Below, in pieces: positions 25,645 through 36,998 of a stretch of DNA of 64,000 bases (its first letter is position 1; each line of letters opens with the position of its first letter). A program made the position numbers and the translations under genes. The notes under the pieces are model-generated. The model ran no database searches. It was not told where the DNA came from and saw only the letters and a list, made by a program, of their open reading frames with translations. Source of the stretch: Mobula hypostoma (lineage: Eukaryota); the NCBI RefSeq assembly GCF_963921235.1, contig NC_086107.1, positions 92,816,001-92,880,000 on the forward strand, read 5' to 3'.

Positions 25645-25651
25645 TCTCTCT
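25549..25651. repeat. (TC)n(CA)n microsatellite
   Basis: Direct reading of the sequence. Confidence 0.95.
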
Positions 25652-25797
25652 CAACAACTCAAAGTAACTCAGTTAATTTATTATCAAAGTGCATATATGT
25701 GACAGACACGGGTGGTGGGGAAAGAAAAAAAAGTGCATATATGTCATCATATACAACCCTGAGATTGATTTTCTTGTGGGCATACTCAATAAATAAT

Positions 25798-26885
25798 AAC
25801 TATGACCCCTGACGCCTGGAACTTCCACCATACTGCTAGTGAAGACTGTTGCAAAATACTTATTCAGTTCGTCTGCCATTTCCTTGTCCCCCATTACTAC
25901 CTCTCCAGCATCGTTTTCCAACGGTCCAATGTCCACTCTCACCTCTCTTTTACACTTTATGTATCTGAAGAAACTTTGGGTATCTTCTTTAATATTATTG
26001 GTTAGCTTACTTTCCTATTCCATCTTTACCTTCTTAGTGACTTTTTTTTAGTTGCCTTCTGTTGGTTTTTAAAAGCTTCCCAATCTTCTATTGTATGTCA
26101 TCCCTTTGGCTTTTATGTTGGCTTTGACTTCTCTTGTTATTCACGGTTGTGTCATCTTTTCTTTTGAATACTTCATCCTCTTTGGGATGTATATATCCTA
26201 TGTCTTCTGAATTGCTTCCGGAAATTCCAGCCATTGCTGCTCTGCCATCATCCCTGCCTGTGTTCTTTTCCGATCAATTCTGGCCAACTCCTCTCTCATG
26301 CCTCTGTAATTCCCTTTACTCCACTGTAATACCAGTACATCTAACTTTAGCTTCTCCTTCTCACATTTCAGGGTGAATTCAATCATATTATGATCACTTG
26401 CCCATAAGGGGTATCTTACCTTAAGCTCGCTAATTAGTTCTGGTTCATTACACAACACCCAATCCAGAATAGGTGAGCCCATATTGGGCTCAACCCCAAG
26501 TTGCCCAAAAAAGTCATCCTGTAGGCACTCTAGAAATTCCCCTTCCTGGAATCCAGTACCAACCTGATTTTCCCAATCTACTTGCATATTGAAATCCCCC
26601 ATGATTATTGTAACATTGTCCTTTTGACATGCATTTTCCATCTCACAATGTAATTTGTAGACAAAATCCTTACTGTTGTTTGGGGGATTGATATACAACT
26701 TCCATCAGGGTGTTTTTACCCTTGAAGTTCCTTAGCTCTATCCACAATGATCCAACACCTTCCGACCCTATGTCACCTCTTTCTAATGATTTGATTTCAT
26801 TTTTTTACCAACAGAGCAATGTTGCCTTTCCCTTGCCTTCCTGCCTATCCTTTCCATACAATGTGTATCCTTGGACGTTAAGCCC
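25798..26885 (-). mobile_element. CR1-like LINE, APE endonuclease region
   Basis: IIMGDFN, ILDWVLCN, SDHNMIEF. Confidence 0.9.
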
Positions 26886-27977
26886 ACCTTGAAAGGGATA
26901 AGAACCTTTTAATTTAGTTTGTGTTAGTTATTGCGTTTGTGTTTGCTGTGGTACTGTAGCATGGAATTTGTAATCAACATATTTTTGTCAGAGAAAATGT
27001 AGGTTAGGTACAGAGTAAAGAGTAAAGCTCCCACTACACTGTCCGATTATCATACGACCATAAGACATAGGAGCAAATTTAAGCCATTTGGGCCATCGAG
27101 TCTGGTCCACCATTCCGTCATGGCTGACTTATTATCCCTCTCAACTCCATTCCTCAGCCTTCTCCCTGTAACCTTTGATGCATGATGGAACAGCCTAATT
27201 CTGCTTTTATGTTATGTCTTAAATCTTATGGTCTTATGGACTGTGCCCCCTGGTCTTAGACTCCCACATTATAGGAAACATCCTTGCATTGTCCACTCTG
27301 TCTAGGCCTTTCAATATTTGGTAAGTGTTAATGAGATCTCCCCCCCACCCTCATTCTTCTGAACTTCAGCAAGTACAGGCCCAAAGCCAGCATTCTTGTG
27401 GAACCTCCTCTGGACCCTCTCCAATGCCAGCACATCCTTTCTTAGATAAGGGGCCCAAAGCTGCTCACAATACTCCAACTGCGCACTACTCCATCCTGCC
27501 AGCCATTCCAAGGACAGGGTGGCAGAGGTTAGATCCAGAATGAAGCTCCCTCTACACCAGCCTTTCAATCTCTCTCAGGACAGACAGAGTGTGTGCTTTA
27601 GTGCCGAGTAATCGCCCTTTGCTCTGTCAAACAAATGGTCTATTCTGTTCCAAAAGAGCGTCTGTGACAGGATCACTGTGTTCCAGTTTCCACATAAAAC
27701 AACTTCAAGAGCCCTGTAGATGAAATTGATCATTTAGCAACTGTCAGGACAAATACTGAATATTCATCACAGTTTAAACCTACAGAACAAAGATAATGTT
27801 CAGAGACATGTGGAAGTTACCCTTAGAACCTGATCTCTGACAGAGGGCATATACAGGAGAGAAAGCATTAGAACCTTTGCATTTAGTGATCATAATCCCA
27901 TGTTCTTCAAAGTAAAAATGGGAAAAAGACAGGTCTGGTCGGTGGGTTGAGATTCTAAATTGGAGAAAGGCCAATTT

Positions 27978-28400
27978 TGATGAGTCTCGGTCCGGAATGT
28001 CAATTGTAATTTTCCCCGCAGATGCTGCCTGGCCCACTGAGTTCCTCCAGCATTTAGTGTGTGTTTCTTGGAGCATCGCCTTTTGAAGATGTCTTCGATG
28101 GTGAGGAGGCTAATGCCCATGATAGAGTTGGCTGAGTTTACAACTCCCTGCTGCTTTTTCGGATCCAGTGCAGCAGCCCCTCCACACCAGACAGTGATGT
28201 GACCAGTCAGAATGCTCTCCACCGTACTTTAGTAGAAATTTGCGAGAGTCTTTGGTGACGTATCAAATCTCCTCAAACTCCAAATGAAATATAGCCGCTG
28301 GTGTGCGTTCTTTGTAACTGCATCAATAAGTTGGGCCCCAGATAGATCTTCAGAGATGCTGACACCCGGGAACTTGAAGCCGCTCACAGTTTCCACTGTT
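27978..28400 (-). mobile_element. Penelope terminal fragment (plus orientation) joined to a Rex-Babar 3' fragment
   Basis: gatgctgcctggcccactgagttcctccagc followed by ESILTGHITVW and FKFPGVSISEDL on the minus strand. Confidence 0.75.
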
Positions 28401-29034
28401 GACAGTGTGAGTCGGTGACTGTGGACTGTGTTACAGGGTTCCAGTGTTCCGGTTTGAAACCTGGTGAGTTTGAACACTTTTTGAAGTGGAGAGGGGAATT
28501 GTGTTGGAACAAAATAATGTTGTCAGTCACCTGCAGTAACACTTCTGCTGAATGCTATACAAAACCCTCGCGCCACTAACGTGGAACAGCAGAAACACGC
28601 CACTTATCTGCAGGTCCTTTGCCACGCTCTCTGCTGGATCTGACTGCTCTACCCCCACAAAGGTCGCTCTTTGTCACAGCAGAGCACCTGCAGAGAAGCA
28701 CAGTACATCAATTATAACCGATGCAAAATCCAAAGTTCAAAGTAAGATTATTATCAAAGTACATGCATATCACCTCACCATATAGTATCCTGAGATTCAT
28801 TTCTTAAGGCCATAAGATTCAGGAGCAGGTCGGCTCATCATATCTGCTCTGCCATTCTATCATAGCGGATCTGTTGCCCTCTTTCCTGTCTTTTACCCGT
28901 AGCCCTTCATGCCCCAACTAATCAAGAACCTATCAATCTCTGCCTTAACTGTACCCAGTGACTTGGCCTCCACAGCTGCAAGAGGTGTCATTCACAGTAG
29001 AACAAAAAAATACCATAGGATCAATGAAAAACTT

Positions 29035-29210
29035 CATCTCCACCATGGGCGGTCTTTGGACAAGGGACTAACAACCCCATCCCATAAAAACCTAACGGCA
29101 ACAGATGCTCCAAAGACCTCACTCATGGGAGAGGAAGATTCTTTGCCTACTGACGCGGGACAGAGGTCACTGCCACCTCCTATGCGCCAGTAGGGGTAAT
29201 GGACTTAAGT
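29035..29210 (+). mobile_element. Short RTE-like non-autonomous element
   Basis: ctaacaaccccatcccataaaaacc...cctatgcgccagtagggg; related inverted copy at 58810-59100. Confidence 0.55.
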
Positions 29211-29299
29211 AAATGAAAAACTACACACAAATAAAGCCTGACAAACAACCAAGATTTAAAAGAATACAAACTGTGCAAATACAAAAAAAAAGAAAGGTT

Positions 29300-29572
29300 G
29301 CCTCAGTATCGCGATGATATTGTAGCGTGGGGCGTTTTGGAGTTCGGTGGTCAATTCCGGCACTGTTCTGTAAGGAGTCAGTATGTCCTTCCCATGGAAT
29401 GAGTGGGTTTTCCCCAGGTGCTCCGGTTTCCTCCCACAGTTCAAAGACAGGCGGACTGATCTTTGTTCAGTGATTATGTTAGGGTTGATTGGGTTTGTCG
29501 GTGCTTGCTGGGGTGGCATAGGCTGCAAGGCTGGAAGGCCCTACTCCGCTCTGTATGGCTAAATAAATAATA
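29300..29572 (+). mobile_element. HE1-like V-SINE
   Basis: gggttttccccaggtgctccggtttcctcccacag; aaataaat tail. Confidence 0.8.
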
Positions 29573-30043
29573 CTGAGAACATGATTTGTAGAGTCCATAG
29601 GCTGTGGAGCCAGTTCACTGTTGAGATGAGTGACGTTATCCATGCTGGTTCAGGATCCTGATGGTTGAAGGGTAATAACAGTTCCTGACCTGATGGGTGC
29701 AGGACCTAAGGCTCCTGTACCTCCTGCCCAATGGCAGCAGCAAGAAGAGACCATCCAGGCAACCTCCTTTGGCTTGAATCGTGCGGAACAACTCTTCCAT
29801 TCTCTCGGTTCTTCGTTGTCCCCGAAGACCTTTCCGCCTCTTATCTCTCCGAAAATATTGTAGGTCTCGGAGGAAGAGCTTGGAAGAATTTAATCCCAGT
29901 TCATTGGCCTTCATGTGAGGCTGCGTCGCTGATTAGGAAGGCCGCTTTTTACTTATTTAGAGGTACATCACAGTAACCGTCCCCTCCGGCCCAATGAGCC
30001 TGTGATGACAAGTTACGCCATGTGACCAATTAACCTACGAACA

Positions 30044-30340
30044 TAAGAGAATCTGCAGATGCTGGAAATCCAAAGGAACAACCGCTAAATGCTGGAGGAG
30101 CTCAGTGGAGAGGAATAAAGAGTCAATCTTTCGGGCTGAGACTCTTCATCAGGGCTGGAAAGGAAGGGGCGGGGGGAAGAAACCAGAATAAGAAGGTGGG
30201 GAGGGGGAGGTGTACCATCTGGAAGGTGATAGGTGGAACCAGATGAGGGGGAAGGTGGGCAGGTGGGGGAGGGGGAATGAAGTGAGAAGCTGGGAGGGGA
30301 CAGGTGGAAGAGGTGAAGGGCTGATGAAGAAGGAATCCAG
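30044..30340 (-). mobile_element. Penelope terminal repeat with hammerhead-like core, inserted in a V-SINE
   Basis: Reverse complement reads cagccCTGATGAagagtctcagcccGAAAgattgact. Confidence 0.8.
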
Positions 30341-31081
30341 CCGACTAACATATGTCTTTGGAATATGGGAAGTCACAGGGAGAACGCACAAACCTTTTAC
30401 CGACAGTAGCGGGAATTGAAGTCATGTTGCTGGTGATGTAATAGTGATACACTAACCACTACCCTCCCATACCAGGATATATCCCACTTGGCCATCACTT
30501 CAGTTACCCTAATTGTTCACGCCATCCTTTCCCACCACCTCTGACCTCGCCCAGACCAGAAGCTTAAGTGGCAAGGAGCTGGTCAGGAGGACATCAGCAC
30601 AGGCGTGACCCTCCATGACCCACCTCCCCGGCCGACAACTGATGGCCACCAGCATCACCGCAGCAACTGAGCAGGCAGAATCAACCTTCCATCTCCCCCC
30701 TTCCCATTTCTCTTCCTTCTGCGAGCAGCCACAATGACACACTGCTTGCATTAAAGTTATTAGCATTTATCAAAAAGTGTCTGCCAGGCAATTCCTCTCC
30801 ACCAATGAGAGGGGAGAGGGATAGATCATATTTGTCATTATGTCATTGCAATAAATGACTCGATAACAGTCTGCCATTCGATTTATGCTGCACAGATGCC
30901 AAGTGAAAATGCACAGGGATGTGTTGTACACAGCTTGGCTGAAGGGACTATTCCTTTTACCTGAGCTCCTGGCACCCTTCCCAAGGATCACTGCTGCACT
31001 CCAAACCCTAAGATTGGTAAGTAGGTTTGTTCTTGTCACATGTACTAGGGTAGGGCGAAAAACTAGGTTTTGCATGCCATC

Positions 31082-31671
31082 TACACCCTGTGGCCACTTT
31101 ATTAGGTACACTTGTACCCCTGCTCGTTCATGTAAATATCTAATCAGCCAAGCATGCGAGAGCGACTCAGCGCGTAAAAGCATGCGGACACAGTCAAGAG
31201 GTTCAATTGTCGTTCAGGTCAAACAGCGGAATGGGGAAGAAATGTGATCTAAGTGACTTTGACCGTGGGATGATTGTTGTTTCCAGATGGGGTCCCCTGA
31301 GTATTTCAGAAACTGCTGATTTCCTGGGATTTTCACCCACAACAGTCTTTGGAGTTTGCAGAGAATGGCGCAAAAAAACAAACAGACAGAAAAAAAGCAT
31401 CCAGTGAGCAGCAGTTCTGTGGGCAAAAATGCCTTGTTAATGAGAGAGGTCAGAGGAGAATGGCCAGACTGGTTCAAGCTGACAGGAAGGTGACAGTAAC
31501 ACAAATAACTACATGTTACAACAGTGGTGTGCAGAACAGCATCTCTACATACCCAACACGTCGAACCTTGAAGTGGACGGGCTACAACAGCAGAAGACCA
31601 TGAACATACACTCAGTGGCCAATTTATTAGGTACAGAAGGTACCTACCTAATAAAGTGGCTACTGAGTGTA
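31082..31671 (+). mobile_element. Non-autonomous Tc1 element with TA ends
   Basis: HTH remnants GMIVVSRWGPLSISETADFLGFS and RGQRRMARLVQADRK...TLKWTGYNSRRP; three TIR copies. Confidence 0.9.
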
Positions 31672-31704
31672 TAAGATCGTACATAACAGCAGTCCATTTT
31701 TTTT

Positions 31705-32330
31705 AGATTATGAGAACACTCAGTGCTCTTTTATTGTCATTTAGAAATGCATACATGCATTAAGAAATGATACAATGTTTCTCCGGAGTGATATCACAGA
31801 AAGCAGGACAGACCAAAGACTAACACTGACAGAACCACATAATTATAACATGTAGTTACAGCAGTGCAAAGCAATACCATAATTTGATGAAGAACAGACC
31901 ATGGGCACGGTAAAAAAAATCTCAAATTCCCGAGTCGATCGACTCCCGAGTCCCCGATAGCAGGCAGCAAAAGGGAGAAACTCCCTGCCATAAACCACCA
32001 GGCACCGTCAACTTGCCGATACCTTGGAAGCAGCCGACCACAGCCGACACTGAGTCCATCCGTCCAAAAACTTTGAGCCTCTCCGATACAGCCTCCCGAG
32101 CACCATCCTCTGCCGAATGCCTTCAACCTCGCTCCGGCCGCTGAAACACGCAAAGCCGAGGATTTCGAGGCCTTCAGCTCCAGAGATTCCGGTTACCACA
32201 CAGTAGCAGTGGCAGTGAAGCGGGCATTTCAGATGTTTTCCAGATGTTCCTCCATACTCTCACATCTGTCTCCATCAAATCAGAATTGTGCACGGTCCCC
32301 TACTTGACAGATAACAGATATTACATTGAG
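31705..32330 (-). repeat. Unclassified interspersed repeat (same family as 37.4-37.84 kb plus 40.93-41.07 kb)
   Basis: Shared 3' sequence aaatgacaataaa...gagtgt(t/c)ctcataatc. Confidence 0.7.
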
Positions 32331-32974
32331 GTGGTACAATGGGAAAAAAAAACAGAATGCAAAATAAAGCGTTACAGTTACAGAGAAAGTGCAGTGCAGG
32401 CAGGCGATAAGGTTCAAAGGCCATAACAAGGTGGATTGAAATGTCTAGAAGCCATCTTATTCTACCAGGGAACCATTCAATAGTCTCAGCAGGCTTTTGT
32501 ATGTTCTGCCCAATGGCAGAGGGGGGATCAGAGAACGTCTGGGGTGGGCTGGCTCTTTGATTTTGCTGTCTGCTTTACTGAGGCAGTAAGGAGTATAGTC
32601 CAAGTCTATGAAGGGGGGGCTGGTTTCAGTGATAGGCTGAGCTTTGTTCACAACTCTGTGAAGTTTCTTGTGGTCTCAGATAGAGCAGTTGCCATACCAA
32701 ACTGGGAATAACCGGGGAGAGGTCTATTTGAGGTGGCCTGTTCCCAGTTACTCTTCATCCCACCCTCACTGATATGAATGGAATAATAACATTGTACTGG
32801 TGTCACCAAGGTAATAGTGGCCCATTGGGAAGGTGAAAGCCCACTACCCCATTCTGTTTCTACCATCAGCAGTTTCTTCAGTCATTTGAGAATCAACTGA
32901 GGTCAAAATGGAACAGGTTTCCAGTCATGTAACCTGGTGGGCTTGCATTCAACACCCAACACATGTCTTCCTAA

Positions 32975-33110
32975 TTCGACAGACGCTGGAAATCCAGAAC
33001 AGCACACACAAAATGCTGGAGGAACTCAGTAGGTCAGATTGCATCTAAAGAGAGGAACTAACCGTCGACGTTTTGGGCCAAAACTTTTCATCAGAACTGT
33101 GTATGTTCCT
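32975..33110 (-). mobile_element. Penelope terminal-repeat mini-insert
   Basis: Flanked by tgtcttcct at 32964-32972 and 33111-33119; degenerate hammerhead. Confidence 0.7.
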
Positions 33111-33139
33111 TGTCTTCCTCATAGTGTTGTAGAGTCATA

Positions 33140-34098
33140 GTAAATTGCCCACTAAACCTGCATATTAGCTCTGTTTCATAAAGCAGTAACCCCTCCCCCA
33201 AAACCGCCAGATTTCAGATCTTAACGTAGAACATAAAACATAGAACATTACAACAGAGTACAGATAGATATATGATACCTATTGTTTTGTGACAGCAGTA
33301 CAGTGCAGAACATAAAAAATACCATAAATTGCAATAAAAATATATATGTATAAAACATATAAGGTAAAAAGAGGGCAAAAATAGTGAGGTAGTGTTCATG
33401 AGTTCATTGACAATTCAGAAATCTGATGGTAGAGAAGATCCCACTTTCTTGAAGCAAGAAGAGTCTCAGCCCGTAACTTTTTCCATAGATGTTGCCTGGC
33501 CCGCTGAGTTACTCCAGCATTTTGTGTGTGTTTCTTGAAGCCTCACCTTTTTTAAGGTGTCCTCAATGGTGAGGAGGCTAGTGCTCATGTTAGAGTTGGC
33601 AGAGCTTACAACTCTGCAGCTCTTTTCCAATTCTGTGTAGGGGCCTCTCCATACCAGACAGTGGTACAACCAGTCAGAACGCTCTCCACGGCAAGATCTG
33701 TCGAGATTTGCTAGAGTCTTTGGTGACATGTCAAATCTCCTGCCTGTAAAAGGTTTGCACATTCTCCCTGTGATCGGGTGGGTTTCCTCCCATATTCCAA
33801 ACACATACAGGTTAGTAGACCAGATTCCTTCTCCTTCAGCCCTTCACCTCTTCCACCTGTCCCGTCTCAGCTTCACACGTCATTCCCCCTCCTCCACCCA
33901 CCTATCTTTCCCCTCATCTGGCTTCACCTATCACCTTCCAGCTGGTAAATTGCCCACTAAACCGGCATATTAGCTCTGTTTCATAAAGCAGTAACCCCTC
34001 CCCCAAAATCACAAGATTCCAGATCTTAACATAGAACATAAAACATAGAACATGACAGCAGAGTACAGCTATATATATGATATCTATTGTTTTGCGAC
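33140..34098 (+). repeat. 154-bp direct repeats (33140-33293 and 33945-34098) flanking a composite of TE fragments
   Basis: gtaaattgcccactaaacc...ctattgttttg(t/c)gac present twice, roughly 90% identical by eye. Confidence 0.9.
33456..33530 (+). mobile_element. 75-bp Penelope terminal-repeat insert
   Basis: TSD tttcttgaagc at 33445-33455 and 33531-33541. Confidence 0.8.
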
Positions 34099-34099
34099 T

Positions 34100-34585
34100 T
34101 GTCTCGCCACTTTTGGCCTATAATGTTGTGCCAGCCTTTTAAACTACTCCAAGATCAATGTAATGCTTCCCTCCCACATAGACCTCCATTTCTCTATCAT
34201 CTATGTGCCTATTTAGGAGTTTATTAATGTATCTGCCTCTCTACCACCACCCCTGAAAGCTTCCACTCTCTCTGTACAAAACCTACCTCTGACATCTCCC
34301 CTGTACATTCCTCCAATCATTTAAAATTATGCCCCCTTGTGTTAGCCATTTCCACCCTGGAGAAAAGATGTTGGCTGAGACTCTTAACATCTAGTACACA
34401 TTTATCAAGCCACCTCTCATCTTTCTTCGCTTATTCTTCTCATATAAGACACGCTCTCTAATCCAGGCAGCATCCTAGTGAATCTCCTCTACACCCTGTC
34501 TAAAGTCTCTACATCCTTCCTACAATGAGGTGGCCAGAACAGAAGACAATATACCAAGTGTGGTCTAACCGGAAATTTATAGAGC
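34100..34585 (-). mobile_element. CR1/HER1-like 3' fragment
   Basis: ccaagtgtggtctaacc (VRPHL on the minus strand), tagccatttccaccctgg. Confidence 0.75.
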
Positions 34586-34903
34586 TTGTTGGATCCTGAT
34601 GTTTTTGTAATCCAAAAACTCGTTGGAAGTCAAGAATGAGGCTTATAACTTGCTTACATTTGTGTTATATTAATTGTTGCAAGAGCAAAGAAGAGGAAGG
34701 AAGAGGAGGCATGGCAAGAAAGAACAGAGGAAAGAAAAGCTAGTGTGGTCTTCTCACCCCAGACCAGAGATGACAGAAATTCCACTGATCACAATTAACC
34801 AATAAAATAGCCAGGTTCGAGTAATATGACACTTGCCATTGAAGCCAAGGAGTTTCCAGAAAAATCATTACTACTGGAAAACATACTGAAAAGTTACAAA
34901 CAA

Positions 34904-34964
34904 TACTGTATAAAAGTCTTGGGCACATATACATAGCTAGAGTGCCTAAGACTTTTGCACAGTA
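34904..34964. mobile_element. 61-bp Tc1/mariner-type MITE
   Basis: Arms tactgtataaaagtcttgggcac and gtgcctaagacttttgcacagta, with TA ends. Confidence 0.7.
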
Positions 34965-35642
34965 CTGTCGATGGCATGCAAAACAAAGCTTTTTGCTGTA
35001 CCTCAGTGTAGGTGACAATAATAGATCGATTAACCTTTTCTCAGTGACGTTTTCAGTTCTTTTCTGGATGTAGGCTTTGCTGACACAGCCTGGCTTCATA
35101 CAGTGAAATTGTGCTGATTGGTCACCTCCCTAATGGCTGCAGTGGGTGTGAAGGTTTAGTCAGAGTCAGCAGTCAGGAATCACGAGTAGGTCAGATAAGG
35201 GTGGAAGGGAACCGAATGGAAGCATATCCCGACAGGTGAGAATACGTCACCGCAAAATAGAAGGTTTCAGATGAAGAGACACCAGAGATTCTGCAGCTGC
35301 TAATAATCCAGATCAACACACACAAAATGCTGGAGGAACTCAGCAGATCAGGCAGCATCTGTGAAGGGAAATAAACAGTTGATGTTTCGGGCTGAGATCT
35401 TACGTCAGAAGTCCTGATGGTTAATTCCCATGGTGGAGCTGGTTGCGTGTATTACGCCCTGCAGCTCAAATGCATGGTGTCTACTGTTTAATATTTCTAC
35501 CTTGGGAGAACAATTCTGACTACCTATCCTATCTGGACCTCTCAAAATTTTCTTTCCCCCTTCAGCCTCTGACACCCTAAACGAGGTTGATCTTGACAAA
35601 TATTCTCTTTTAAACAACATCCATGTAACAGATTATTGGCTG

Positions 35643-35734
35643 CACTCACAATACACTGGAGGAATTCGGCAGGTCGGGCAGCATCCGGGGAAACGATCAG
35701 TCAACATTTCGGGCCGGAACCCTTCGTCAGGACT
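35643..35734 (-). mobile_element. 92-bp TSD-bounded Penelope-derived mini-element carrying a hammerhead
   Basis: TSD gattattggctg at 35631-35642 and 35735-35746. Confidence 0.9.
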
Positions 35735-35735
35735 G
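35698..35735 (-). ncRNA. Minimal type-I hammerhead ribozyme motif
   Basis: cagtc-CTGACGA-a-gggt-tccg-gccc-GAAA-tg-TT-gactg: stem I 5 bp, stem II intact, GUU cleavage triplet. Confidence 0.8.
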
Positions 35736-35905
35736 ATTATTGGCTGTTTGTGAGATCACGCTGTGAAAATAACGATTGGCCCAATTTCATAAATAACAAC
35801 AATTCATTACTTTTGATGAGATATTTATGATAGATTATAAGTGCGATATTAATTTGTACTGAGGTGAGAAAACATTTCTCCTGTTTCCATGGTGGTGTGA
35901 AGCCC

Positions 35906-35924
35906 AGTGCTGCCACCTGGTGTC
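35906..35924 (-). promoter_or_regulatory. CTCF-like binding motif
   Basis: Reverse complement gacaccaggtggcagcact resembles the CTCF core CCACCAGGTGGCAGC; lies outside recognised repeats. Confidence 0.45.
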
Positions 35925-36059
35925 AAGATCCTCTCTGCGTCTTACAGTTTATTTCTCCAAGATGTTCAAAGTTGGGAGTAAATTAATTATGAAAGTATAT
36001 ATATGTCACCATATACTACCTTGAGATTCATTTTCTTGCAGGCATTCACAGTAGCACCA

Positions 36060-36585
36060 ATAAAGAAGTTTACTTGTGGGCCCCCAAATGCTAAGAACTT
36101 TCTACAGAGGCACAATTGAGAGCATTCTGACTGGCTGCATCACTTGCCTGGTATGGGAACCGTACTTCCCTCAATCGCAGGACCCTGCAGAGAGTGGTGT
36201 GGACAGCCCAGTGCATCTGTAGTTGTGAACTTCCCACTATTCAGGACATTTACAAAGACAGGTGAGTAAAAAGGGCCGGAAGGATCACTGGGGACCCGAG
36301 TCACCCCAACCACAAACTGTTCCAGCTGCTACCATCCGGGAAACGGTACCGCAGCATAAAAGCCAGGACCAACAGGCTCCAGGCAGCTTCTTCCACCAGG
36401 CCATCAGACTGATTAACTCATGCAGACACAACTGTGTTTCTATGTTATATTGACTATCCTGTTGTACATACTATTTATTATAAATTACTATAAATTGCAC
36501 ATTGCACAGTTAGACAGAAACGTAACAAAGATTTTTACTCCTCATGTATGTGAAGGATGTAAGTAATAAAGTCAATTCAATTCAA
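36060..36585 (+). mobile_element. Rex-Babar 3' fragment with (AATTC)n tail
   Basis: SFFHQAIRLINS; same subfamily as 55648-56085. Confidence 0.85.
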
Positions 36586-36677
36586 ATACAACAGAATCAA
36601 TGAAAAACTACATGAAGACTGACAAACAATCAATGTGCAAATACTAAAGTAAAGAAAGAAAGAATACTAAGAGCATG

Positions 36678-36998
36678 AAAAACATAGAAAGCCTACAGCA
36701 CAATACAGACCCTTCGGCCCACAAAGCTGTGCCGAATTATCTAGGCTTACCCATAGCCCTCTATTTTTCTAAGCTCTCATGTATCCATCCAGGAGTCTCT
36801 TAAAAGACCCTATCGTTTCCACCTCCACCACTGCTGCCAGCAGCCCATTCCACGCACTCACCACTCTCTGTGTAAAACACTTACCCCTGACATCTCCTCT
36901 GTACCTACTTCCAAGCACCTTAAAACTATGCCCTCTCGTACTAGCCATTTCAGCCCTGGGGAAAAGCCTCTGACTATCCACATGATCAGTGCCTCTCA
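36678..36998 (-). mobile_element. CR1/HER1-like 3' end
   Basis: STRGHSFKV...FTQRVVSAWNGL...SFKRLLDGYM. Confidence 0.85.
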
